DNA of 18,020 nucleotides from a virus (Duplodnaviria; Heunggongvirae; Uroviricota; Caudoviricetes): IMG/VR virus record IMGVR_UViG_2657245664_000010; one strand, 5' to 3'. Shown piece by piece: positions 9,445 to 16,766 of this stretch (position 1 is its first letter; each line of letters starts with the position of its first letter). The notes under the pieces were generated by a model. It saw only the letters and a program-made list of their open reading frames with translations, ran no database searches and was not told where the DNA came from. The position numbers and the translations under genes were made by a program.

Positions 9445-9659
9445 TATTCACCTCTCGCAGCCTTGCGCTTATCTTCTTTAATCTTGAAATAAAGGTTTGT
9501 CAGGTACGTCAGCAGGCCAAATACCAGGCTACCCAGCACACCTATTGCTGCCCACTGTGAGGGCGTGACTTTATCGAGCAGCTGTAAAAACCAGTAACCG
9601 GCACTACCTGCTGAGGTGCCATAGGCGACACCCGTTGTTAACTTATCCATGGATTTCAT
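9444..9659 (-). CDS. essD: Class II holin / pinholin (phage-21 S-type) with dual-start motif
   Basis: [71 protein letters not shown] is close to remembered S21/EssD. Met1 and Met4 are both present, consistent with an antiholin/holin pair. Confidence 0.85.
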
Positions 9660-9770
9660 AACCCCACCTCGCAGACAAAGCGGGTGTAAATTGAGGGAAT
9701 ACTACGAAACGTAACAGACTCGGAGTCAGTGAATAACTCAGGTATTGGGTTATCAGCTAATATCGAGACT

Positions 9771-9804
9771 CAAAAAATGGAAAAACCCGCTCGACGGCGG
9801 GTTT
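9771..9804 (-). terminator. Rho-independent terminator upstream of the holin (tR'-like position)
   Basis: On the minus strand: AAACCCGC-CGTCGA-GCGGGTTT followed by TTCCATTTTTT. It lies about 110 nt upstream of the holin start, the position tR' occupies before S in lambdoid late operons. Confidence 0.45.
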
Positions 9805-10231
9805 AAGCTGTGTGACGAAGTAACCACTCTTAACAGCATAACCAATTTTTTACGTACGTAAACCACTAAATGATATTTGCGAGAATGCTACCGAGTATTG
9901 AAAACACCACTACAAATACATAAGCAAACCCCAACAAATAACCAACAAATAATTTCCAGTGTTATTTTTAGCCGGTTTAAATTGAACCTTCAAATTATAG
10001 AGCACTTATAAATAACAGCCGTTAATATAAATTGGCTAATAGATTTATTTTTATTCAGCAAAGAGCCATGAATAGGATTCGATAGAAAAAAGTTCAGATA
10101 AAAATAGAGATCTACTTCACAAATCAAACGAGAAACCAAAACTTACATCTTGAAATAATCACATTGATTAGATGAATATTTATCGCGCAGTGACATCATT
10201 TTTTAATAATAGTTCAAAAAAAGGGCTCACG

Positions 10232-11329
10232 ATGAAAAAATTAACAGTGGCAATTTCTGCTGTAGCTGCATCAGTACTGATGGCGATGTCTGCTCAGGCA
10301 GCTGAAATTTATAATAAAGACAGTAACAAGCTGGATCTGTACGGGAAAGTTAATGCTAAGCACTACTTCTCCTCTAATGATGCAGATGATGGTGATACTA
10401 CTTATGCCCGTCTTGGCTTCAAAGGTGAAACCCAAATCAACGATCAACTGACTGGTTTCGGTCAGTGGGAATATGAATTCAAAGGCAACCGCGCTGAATC
10501 TCAAGGTTCCTCCAAAGATAAAACCCGTCTTGCCTTCGCTGGCCTGAAATTCGGTGACTACGGCTCCATCGATTACGGCCGTAACTACGGTGTAGCATAC
10601 GACATCGGTGCGTGGACTGACGTCCTGCCAGAATTCGGTGGTGACACTTGGACTCAAACCGACGTGTTCATGACTCAACGTGCAACTGGTGTTGCAACCT
10701 ATCGTAACAACGACTTCTTTGGTCTGGTTGATGGTCTGAACTTTGCTGCTCAGTACCAAGGCAAAAACGATCGTAGCGATTTCGATAACTACACTGAAGG
10801 TAACGGTGATGGCTTCGGTTTCTCTGCTACCTATGAATACGAAGGATTCGGTATCGGTGCAACTTATGCGAAATCTGATCGTACCGACACTCAAGTTAAT
10901 GCAGGGAAAGTTCTTCCTGAAGTATTTGCTTCCGGTAAAAATGCAGAAGTTTGGGCCGCAGGTCTGAAATATGACGCTAACAACATTTACCTGGCCACTA
11001 CCTATTCTGAAACCCAGAATATGACTGTATTTGCTGATCACTTCGTTGCTAATAAAGCCCAAAACTTCGAAGCTGTTGCACAATATCAGTTCGATTTCGG
11101 TCTGCGTCCGTCCGTTGCTTACCTGCAATCTAAAGGTAAGGATCTTGGAGTATGGGGCGATCAGGACTTAGTCAAATATGTTGATGTAGGTGCAACCTAT
11201 TACTTCAACAAAAATATGTCTACTTTCGTTGATTACAAAATCAACCTGCTTGACAAAAATGACTTCACTAAAGCACTCGGTGTAAGCACTGATGACATCG
11301 TTGCTGTAGGTCTGGTTTACCAGTTCTAA
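10232..11329 (+). CDS. nmpC: OmpC/OmpF/PhoE-family general porin, NmpC/Lc-like (prophage-encoded)
   Basis: Signal peptide [23 protein letters not shown], then [22 protein letters not shown], and the C-terminal ...[19 protein letters not shown]...VAVGLVYQF porin signature. It lies between Q and the lysis genes on the opposite strand, as nmpC does in DLP12. The ORF track starts at 10172; the ATG at 10232 precedes the signal peptide. Confidence 0.85.
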   Translation: MKKLTVAISAVAASVLMAMSAQAAEIYNKDSNKLDLYGKVNAKHYFSSNDADDGDTTYARLGFKGETQINDQLTGFGQWEYEFKGNRAESQGSSKDKTRLAFAGLKFGDYGSIDYGRNYGVAYDIGAWTDVLPEFGGDTWTQTDVFMTQRATGVATYRNNDFFGLVDGLNFAAQYQGKNDRSDFDNYTEGNGDGFGFSATYEYEGFGIGATYAKSDRTDTQVNAGKVLPEVFASGKNAEVWAAGLKYDANNIYLATTYSETQNMTVFADHFVANKAQNFEAVAQYQFDFGLRPSVAYLQSKGKDLGVWGDQDLVKYVDVGATYYFNKNMSTFVDYKINLLDKNDFTKALGVSTDDIVAVGLVYQF

Positions 11330-11338
11330 TCTGATTAC

Positions 11339-11379
11339 GAAAAAGATATGTTGCGGGAGGCGTTGCCTCCCCAACATAT
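11339..11379 (-). terminator. Long hairpin with T-run on the minus strand (candidate terminator for leftward transcripts from the Q side)
   Basis: ATATGTTGCGGGAGGC-GTT-GCCTCCCCAACATAT (about 15-bp stem with a 1-nt bulge), preceded on the plus strand by AAAAA, which is a T-run on the minus strand. Confidence 0.45.
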
Positions 11380-11467
11380 AAGTGGCTCCCTCAAGCCACT
11401 TCCTTTAGAAGCACAACCTTGCTTCTAACTATATAAACCTTCTGTTATATATTACCCTTTATTTTTG

Positions 11468-11492
11468 GGGGCGTCTCAACGCCCCATTTTTA
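11468..11492 (+). terminator. Rho-independent terminator on the plus strand (likely porin terminator)
   Basis: GGGGCG-TCTCAA-CGCCCC followed by ATTTTTAAT. Confidence 0.5.
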
Positions 11493-11518
11493 ATAACTTT
11501 TAGTAAATAATTGGCATA

Positions 11519-11902
11519 TTAATTAGAGTTATTAACAACGATATCCATCTCTAACCGGATATCTAATGCCATTAACATCCCTTCAATTATGCCCTCAGCC
11601 TTCTGTAACCTTTTCCCGATATAACCATCAGAGCAGCAATGCTTACCTGCCAGTGACATGAATGTCATACCGACTACATAATAATCTACTAATAAATCGT
11701 GCAAATCGCTGTTGTTCTTTTTCAGACGGGCCATGCACCCGCAAATAATCATCGCGTCATCGTCACAACATTGCGGGCGAGATTTTACTTTTGAAGTAAT
11801 TAATCCCTTAAAACCGGCGGCAATGGACGACCAGGTCACATCTTCATGATTATTAGCCGCCCACGCTCCCCAACGCTCAAGAACCATCTGAATATCACGC
11901 AT
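11519..11902 (-). CDS. quuD: Late-gene antiterminator Q (QuuD / phage-82-type)
   Basis: [24 protein letters not shown]...[18 protein letters not shown]... matches remembered QuuD-type Q proteins. The ORF track starts at a TTG at 11917; the ATG at 11902 is the likelier start. Confidence 0.7.
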   Translation of the reverse strand: MRDIQMVLERWGAWAANNHEDVTWSSIAAGFKGLITSKVKSRPQCCDDDAMIICGCMARLKKNNSDLHDLLVDYYVVGMTFMSLAGKHCCSDGYIGKRLQKAEGIIEGMLMALDIRLEMDIVVNNSN

Positions 11903-11987
11903 CAACTTACTCCACAAAAATCAGACCAGAACGCCAATTACAAGCAAAAATCAACAAAACAGTATTAGTTGATTGTTATCTCTGACT

Positions 11988-12128
11988 TCATACTCCTGCT
12001 CCTGTCAGGGTTTTGGCGTAATTCTTCAGTATTCGGTAATCGGTCAAAACAGAACTGGGGAAACGATATAAGCGCAGGCGCATCCAGCGGTGGCGAAGAA
12101 GTTCTGCCATATTAAACTCAAACATCAT
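11988..12128 (-). CDS. ylcG: Small nin-region protein YlcG-like (46 aa; below the ORF-track cutoff)
   Basis: Manual translation gives [46 protein letters not shown]. The start is immediately adjacent to the rusA stop. It matches my recollection of DLP12 YlcG. Confidence 0.5.
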   Translation of the reverse strand: MMFEFNMAELLRHRWMRLRLYRFPSSVLTDYRILKNYAKTLTGAGV

Positions 12129-12487
12129 TCATTCCCCATTTCGGTGATGGTCAGTTCCAGCCTCCCACCTTTGGTAACAGGCATCTTCACAACGCGGTAA
12201 TCAACGACCTGAGCATCATCCAGCCAGAAACCTGCTTTAGTGAGTGCGTCAAAAGCGGCTTTTTGCAGATTATCCAGGTCACGGCGACGGCGATCCGGCA
12301 TGTGGCACTCAATGCGGATTTTCACAGGGATAGCCAGGCCGATATCCAGCATTGCGTTTTTAATGATTCTGGCGACGTTATCGCGGTATGCCTGCCCCTC
12401 TGCGCTGACGTGCGTGCGCCCGCGATTATGGCGGTAATAGCGATTATTGCTCGGAGGCCAGGGTAATGTGATGCTGTAGGTATTCAC
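12125..12487 (-). CDS. rusA: RusA Holliday-junction resolvase
   Basis: Full-length match to remembered RusA ([37 protein letters not shown]...[31 protein letters not shown]). GTG start overlaps the upstream stop. Confidence 0.85.
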   Translation of the reverse strand: MNTYSITLPWPPSNNRYYRHNRGRTHVSAEGQAYRDNVARIIKNAMLDIGLAIPVKIRIECHMPDRRRRDLDNLQKAAFDALTKAGFWLDDAQVVDYRVVKMPVTKGGRLELTITEMGNE

Positions 12488-12612
12488 GCCTTAATAATCC
12501 CCTCTTTCAGCCACATAACCTGTGTTTTCGCCATACCTTCCAGCGCGCATTCTTTTGCATATGCAGCATCGACTTGCTTGGCATGCCCTTTACCGGCAAT
12601 CTTCTGTATGCG
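12484..12612 (-). pseudogene. YbcO-like (DUF1364 nuclease) C-terminal remnant
   Basis: Manual translation of the frame ending at 12484 gives ...[29 protein letters not shown], resembling the remembered YbcO C-terminus. The frame is closed by a stop about 43 codons upstream. Its stop overlaps the rusA GTG. Confidence 0.4.
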
Positions 12613-12693
12613 CTAAACCTAGATAGAATCCACTCTGTGCTCATTGAAGCCCGCTCTATGCTTCCTTTCTGGTATTGAAGGGATTGAGATGGG

Positions 12694-13041
12694 CTAAGCA
12701 TTATTGGCCTCCTGCATCAGGAGAAAGACAATCATGGCGGCGCGGAGAGGTCTGGTATCAAATATTGGGCTTACGCCTTTTGCATCCACACACCATTCAG
12801 TTAACTGGTCTAAGATAGAAATCCTGTATTTCTCAATAATCGGCCATGAAGCGCTCGGATCATTGCAGTAGTCAGGCAAATGATTTAATGGCTCAAAAGT
12901 TGTATCAGCATTTCCGTAATACCATTTGTTGGTGTTATTCCCTGATGTTTCCGGTTTACTTGCCCAAAGGCCTTTAAAAATTATGTCTCCTACCATTCTG
13001 TTAATTTCAAAATCACTTAACTGTGAATAATCCATTGTCAT
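12694..13041 (-). CDS. Hypothetical nin-region protein (possibly NinX-like)
   Basis: 115-aa acidic ORF whose ATG overlaps the NinE stop in an ATGA arrangement. I do not recognise the family confidently. The ORF track starts further upstream at 13077. Confidence 0.5.
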   Translation of the reverse strand: MTMDYSQLSDFEINRMVGDIIFKGLWASKPETSGNNTNKWYYGNADTTFEPLNHLPDYCNDPSASWPIIEKYRISILDQLTEWCVDAKGVSPIFDTRPLRAAMIVFLLMQEANNA

Positions 13042-13214
13042 TTCCTCGCACGATATCTTAGCCACCGGATATCCCACAGGTGAGCTGTGTAATTGAAGGT
13101 TTTTACGTCAGATTCTTTTGGGATTGGCTTGCGTTTATTTCTGGAGCGTTTCGTTGGAAGGTATTTGCAGTTTTCGCAGATGATGTCGGTGAAACTTCGT
13201 CGCTGTCGCCTCAT
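13038..13214 (-). CDS. ninE: NinE protein
   Basis: [58 protein letters not shown] matches remembered NinE. ATG overlaps the MTase stop (ATGA). The ORF track extends the 5' end to 13304. Confidence 0.65.
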   Translation of the reverse strand: MRRQRRSFTDIICENCKYLPTKRSRNKRKPIPKESDVKTFNYTAHLWDIRWLRYRARK

Positions 13215-13738
13215 GCCGCCCTCCTGACGCCCTGCCCGATCGCCATCAATGCCGCTTTGGATACGGTAGTAAACATCCGTCGAGGACTGATGAACGGTCG
13301 CCAAATCAGCAGCATGGAGCCTTTGCTGTTTCCCTTCTTCTCCAACCCTGTCGATGGTTCGATAAAATTAATCCGTCCATCAGTGATAATGCGAACTTCG
13401 TCGACACTCTCCAGAGCCTTGCTGAACCATCCGACTGACATATCCTCTGGCACAAGCATAACTACCGTCTGTCGCTGTTGTATGCACTGCTCAGCGGCTT
13501 TTTCCACCCACGGCCTGATATTGCTGTACGGTGGGTTATTCCAGATTGCACCGTGGCTTACCCACTCAGAATTGAGCGCGTCGTCGGCCTCAGTTAGCCA
13601 GTGAGCACACAGAGCATTTTTGTCGCTCGCTGCCGAATCCAGCCAGAATCCAAACTCAATATCCAGTGCATCAAAAAGCCAAAGCGGCGTTTGCCAGCAG
13701 TCCTTGTCGTGTGCTGGCGTATTTGATTTGATTGTCAT
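13211..13738 (-). CDS. Phage DNA N6-adenine methyltransferase (Dam-like, PF05869-type)
   Basis: [31 protein letters not shown]... with the NPPY catalytic motif ([10 protein letters not shown]). ATG overlaps the NinB-fragment stop. The ORF track extends the 5' end to 13798. Confidence 0.75.
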   Translation of the reverse strand: MTIKSNTPAHDKDCWQTPLWLFDALDIEFGFWLDSAASDKNALCAHWLTEADDALNSEWVSHGAIWNNPPYSNIRPWVEKAAEQCIQQRQTVVMLVPEDMSVGWFSKALESVDEVRIITDGRINFIEPSTGLEKKGNSKGSMLLIWRPFISPRRMFTTVSKAALMAIGQGVRRAA

Positions 13739-13959
13739 GCAGCCCGATCTCCCCATCTCGCTTTCCACTCCAGAGCCAGTCTCGCTTCGTCTGACCACTT
13801 AACGCCACGCTCTGTACCGAATGCCTGTATAAGCTCTAATAGCTCCGCAAATTCGCCTACACGCATCCTGCTGGTTGACTGGCCTATTACCACAAAGCCA
13901 TTCCCGGCAAGGTTAGGAACAACATCCTGCTGCTTTAATGCTGCGGTAGGTGCGATCAC
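13735..13959 (-). pseudogene. ninB: NinB (Orf-family recombination mediator), C-terminal fragment
   Basis: ...[68 protein letters not shown] matches the remembered C-terminal half of lambda NinB. The N-terminal half is absent and the upstream sequence switches to plus-strand genes. Confidence 0.6.
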
Positions 13960-14073
13960 TTTCGTCTACTCCGTTACAAAGCGAGGCTGGGTATTTCCCG
14001 GCCTTTCTGTTACCCGAAATCCACTGAAAGCACAGCGGCTGGCTGAGGAGATAAATAATAAACGGGGAGCTGT

Positions 14074-14265
14074 ATGCACAAAGCATCTCCTGTTGAGTTA
14101 AGAACGAGCATTGAGATGGCACATAGCCTCGCTCAAATTGGAGTCAGGTTTGTGCCAATACCAGTAGAAACAGACGAAGAATTTCATACGTTAGCCGCAT
14201 CCCTTTCACAAAAGCTGGAAATGATGGTGGCGAAAGCAGAAGCAGATGAGAGAGACCAGGTATGA
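14074..14265 (+). CDS. Small phage protein, lambda orf63-like (DUF1382-type)
   Basis: 63-aa ORF with a GGGGAG ribosome-binding site. Same length as lambda orf63 and at the equivalent position upstream of xis-int. The identity is from memory only. Confidence 0.5.
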   Translation: MHKASPVELRTSIEMAHSLAQIGVRFVPIPVETDEEFHTLAASLSQKLEMMVAKAEADERDQV

Positions 14266-14345
14266 CAACCACTGAATGCATTTTTCTGGCAGCGGGCTTC
14301 ATATTCTGTGTGCTTATGCTTGCCGACATGGGACTTGTTCAATGA
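14262..14345 (+). CDS. 27-aa hydrophobic peptide, translationally coupled (below the ORF-track cutoff)
   Basis: MTTTECIFLAAGFIFCVLMLADMGLVQ. ATG overlaps the upstream stop (ATGA) and its stop overlaps the next ATG (ATGA). Confidence 0.3.
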   Translation: MTTTECIFLAAGFIFCVLMLADMGLVQ

Positions 14346-14557
14346 CACATCAGCAAGAAAACGCCCTTCGCAGTATTGCCCGTCAGGCTAATTCTGAAAT
14401 CAAAAAAGCCAGACAGCAGTTTCCGGATAAAAACGTCGATGACATTTGCCGTAGCGTACTAAAGAAGCACCGCGAAACGGTAACGCTGATGGGATTCACA
14501 CCGACTCATTTAAGCCTGGCGATCGGCATGTTGAACGGCGTCTTTAAGGAACGATGA
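14342..14557 (+). CDS. Hypothetical small phage protein
   Basis: MTHQQENALRSIARQANSEIKKARQQFPDKNVDDICRSVLKKHRETVTLMGFTPTHLSLAIGMLNGVFKER. Coupled to the preceding small ORF. The ORF track starts at 14276. Confidence 0.5.
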   Translation: MTHQQENALRSIARQANSEIKKARQQFPDKNVDDICRSVLKKHRETVTLMGFTPTHLSLAIGMLNGVFKER

Positions 14558-14655
14558 ACATGAAAAGCAAAATCATCAGGGAGCTACAGGCTCCTTTTTT
14601 ATTATTCGCATTTACCCTCAAGCGTATTAACCAACAATTCAGGGATTAATGAAAG

Positions 14656-14874
14656 ATGGCAGACATCATTGATTCAGCATCAGAAATCGAAGAATTACAG
14701 CGCAATACAGCAATAAAAATGCGTCGTCTGAACTACCAGACTGTATCCGCAACTCATTGTTGTGAGTGTGGCGATCCGATAGATGAGCGAAGACGCCTAG
14801 CTGTTCAGGGTTGTCGGACTTGTGCAAGTTGCCAGGAGGAGATCGAACTTAAGAACAAACAATGGGGACTGTGA
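14656..14874 (+). CDS. TraR/DksA-family C4 zinc-finger protein
   Basis: CCECGDPIDERRRLAVQGCRTCASCQ carries the CxxC...CxxC spacing typical of phage TraR-like proteins. 72 aa. Confidence 0.7.
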   Translation: MADIIDSASEIEELQRNTAIKMRRLNYQTVSATHCCECGDPIDERRRLAVQGCRTCASCQEEIELKNKQWGL

Positions 14875-15200
14875 TGGCCTCAAAGCAGCAAATTTCAACA
14901 TCGTCCAACTGGGGTGTAAAAATGTTCAGAATCATTTTTCCTAACACCTGGTACGTCGACCACCACGGCACTCCCTGCAAAATCCTGCGTTCTACCCACA
15001 ACAAAGTTCACTACATCCGAAAAGGCAGAACATGTATCGCCAGCATGTTCCGCTTTAATCATGACTTTGAACCTGTGAATAAAGCTGATGCAGATCGGAT
15101 AGCAGAAGAGATCGAAACGGCAGAACACATTAAGAAGTTACGTGACATGCGTTCAAAAAGCAGAGGTAACCATGGAATCATACAGCCTCACACTCGATGA
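14862..15200 (+). CDS. Hypothetical phage protein (possibly DUF4222-like)
   Basis: ORF upstream of xis. An alternative ATG at 14874 overlaps the TraR-like stop (TGATG). Contains a WYVDHHGTPCKILRSTHNKVHYIRKG segment. The family assignment is tentative. Confidence 0.45.
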   Translation: MGTVMASKQQISTSSNWGVKMFRIIFPNTWYVDHHGTPCKILRSTHNKVHYIRKGRTCIASMFRFNHDFEPVNKADADRIAEEIETAEHIKKLRDMRSKSRGNHGIIQPHTR

Positions 15201-15522
15201 GGCCTGTCAGTTTCTTAAGATATCCAGACCAACCGCCACCAACTGGATACGAACAGGCCGCCTACAGGCAACACGTAAAGATCCAACCAAGCCAAAATCT
15301 CCTTACCTCACAACACGGCAAGCCTGCATTGCGGCGCTTCAGTCTCCGCTGCATACTGTCCAGGTGAACGCGGGTGATGGCATAACAGAGGAAAGAAAAT
15401 GTCACTCTTCCGCAGAAGTGAAATATGGTACGCCAGTTTCACATTGCCGAACGGTAAAAGATTTAAACAGTCTCTTGGAACAAAGGACAAAAGGCAGGCG
15501 ACAGAGCTCCATGACAAGCTAA
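15172..15522 (+). CDS. xis: Excisionase (Xis), overlapping the start of int
   Basis: [33 protein letters not shown] is a helix-turn-helix excisionase-like N-terminus. AGAGG ribosome-binding site. It overlaps int by about 40 codons, so the C-terminal extension is unusually long and may be a frameshifted or degenerate tail. Confidence 0.55.
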   Translation: MESYSLTLDEACQFLKISRPTATNWIRTGRLQATRKDPTKPKSPYLTTRQACIAALQSPLHTVQVNAGDGITEERKCHSSAEVKYGTPVSHCRTVKDLNSLLEQRTKGRRQSSMTS

Positions 15523-16562
15523 AGGCTGAAGCATGGCGGGTCAGCAAACTTGGTGAAATACCTGATATGACGTTTGAGGAAGCGTGTGTCAGGTGGCTCG
15601 AAGAGAAAGCACATAAGAAATCACTGGACGATGACAAAAGCCGGATCGGATTCTGGCTTCAACATTTCGCAGGGATGCAACTAAGAGACATCACTGAATC
15701 AAAAATTTATTCAGCAATGCAGAAAATGACGAACCGGCGTCATGAGGAAAACTGGAAACTCAGGGCAGAAGCATGCAGAAAAAAAGGGAAACCTGTTCCA
15801 GAATACACGCCAAAACCAGCGTCCGTTGCAACGAAGGCTACGCATCTTTCATTTATAAAGGCCCTACTAAGAGCCGCAGAGCGTGAATGGAAAATGCTGG
15901 ATAAGGCACCAATTATTAAAGTGCCTCAACCAAAGAATAAACGGATCCGCTGGCTGGAGCCCCATGAAGCACAAAGGCTGATTGATGAATGTCCGGAGCC
16001 ATTAAAGTCTGTTGTTGAATTTGCACTGGCAACAGGCTTAAGACGCTCGAACATCATCAACCTTGAATGGCAACAAATAGATATGCAGCGCCGGGTGGCA
16101 TGGATAAACCCGGAAGAGAGTAAATCAAACCGCGCAATTGGCGTTGCGCTGAATGATACTGCATGTCGCGTATTGAAAAAACAAATCGGGAATCATCACC
16201 GTTGGGTATTTGTGTACAAGGAAAGCTGTACCAAACCAGACGGAACGAAAGCGCCAACAGTAAGGAAGATGCGGTATGACGCAAACACAGCCTGGAAAGC
16301 GGCGCTGAGACGGGCTGGTATTGATGATTTCAGATTTCACGACTTGAGACACACCTGGGCAAGTTGGCTGGTTCAAGCCGGAGTCCCGTTGTCAGTGTTA
16401 CAGGAAATGGGAGGCTGGGAGTCTATCGAAATGGTTCGTCGATATGCTCACCTTGCACCTAATCACCTTACCGAACACGCACGGCAAATAGACTCGATCC
16501 TGAACCCATCGGTCCCAAATTTGTCCCAGTCAAAAAATAAGGAAGGTACTAATGATGTGTAA
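15399..16562 (+). CDS. int: Phage integrase (tyrosine recombinase, lambda-family, IntD-like)
   Basis: [41 protein letters not shown]... and the C-terminal catalytic region (...[39 protein letters not shown]). Ends 14 nt from the 3' end of tRNA-Thr. Confidence 0.9.
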   Translation: MSLFRRSEIWYASFTLPNGKRFKQSLGTKDKRQATELHDKLKAEAWRVSKLGEIPDMTFEEACVRWLEEKAHKKSLDDDKSRIGFWLQHFAGMQLRDITESKIYSAMQKMTNRRHEENWKLRAEACRKKGKPVPEYTPKPASVATKATHLSFIKALLRAAEREWKMLDKAPIIKVPQPKNKRIRWLEPHEAQRLIDECPEPLKSVVEFALATGLRRSNIINLEWQQIDMQRRVAWINPEESKSNRAIGVALNDTACRVLKKQIGNHHRWVFVYKESCTKPDGTKAPTVRKMRYDANTAWKAALRRAGIDDFRFHDLRHTWASWLVQAGVPLSVLQEMGGWESIEMVRRYAHLAPNHLTEHARQIDSILNPSVPNLSQSKNKEGTNDV

Positions 16563-16576
16563 CTTATTGATTTAAA

Positions 16577-16652
16577 TGGTGCCGATAATAGGAGTCGAAC
16601 CTACGACCTTCGCATTACGAATGCGCTGCTCTACCAACTGAGCTATATCGGC
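16577..16652 (-). tRNA. thrW: tRNA-Thr (anticodon CGU)
   Basis: The reverse complement reads GCCGATATAGCTCAGTTGGTAGAGCAGCGCATTCGTAATGCGAAGGTCGTAGGTTCGACTCCTATTATCGGCACCA. It has a cloverleaf with a TTCGACT T-loop, a CGT anticodon and an encoded CCA, and lies downstream of proA. Confidence 0.9.
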
Positions 16653-16766
16653 CCTGAAAGGACATGTTCACGAACGTGAATCACGGTGGGCAAGGTTAAA
16701 ACTAACCGGGCGATGCGTCAATGGCCTTGTGAATCAAATGGCTACTTTTGCATCACCCGGTTTTAT

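Noticed and set aside
10271-11128. 285-aa minus-strand ORF
   Set aside because: Lies entirely antisense within the porin gene. The porin frame has an unmistakable signal peptide and porin signature. The antisense frame has no recognisable features.
12240-12701. Plus-strand ORFs antisense to rusA, and the minus-strand ORF 12507-12701
   Set aside because: Antisense to rusA, or in a different frame from the YbcO-like remnant, which is the only frame there with a recognisable match.
13080-13604. 174-aa plus-strand ORF
   Set aside because: Antisense to the tightly coupled MTase-NinE gene block and without recognisable features.
13913-14329. ORFs 13913-14122 (minus) and 14144-14329 (minus)
   Set aside because: They overlap the deletion junction and the orf63-like gene antisense, with no features. 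The plus-strand coupled ORFs explain the region better.
14895-15637. Minus-strand ORFs 14895-15128 and 15308-15637
   Set aside because: Antisense to the hypothetical, xis and int genes.
16057-16376. Minus-strand ORFs of 75 and 83 aa
   Set aside because: Antisense within the integrase gene.
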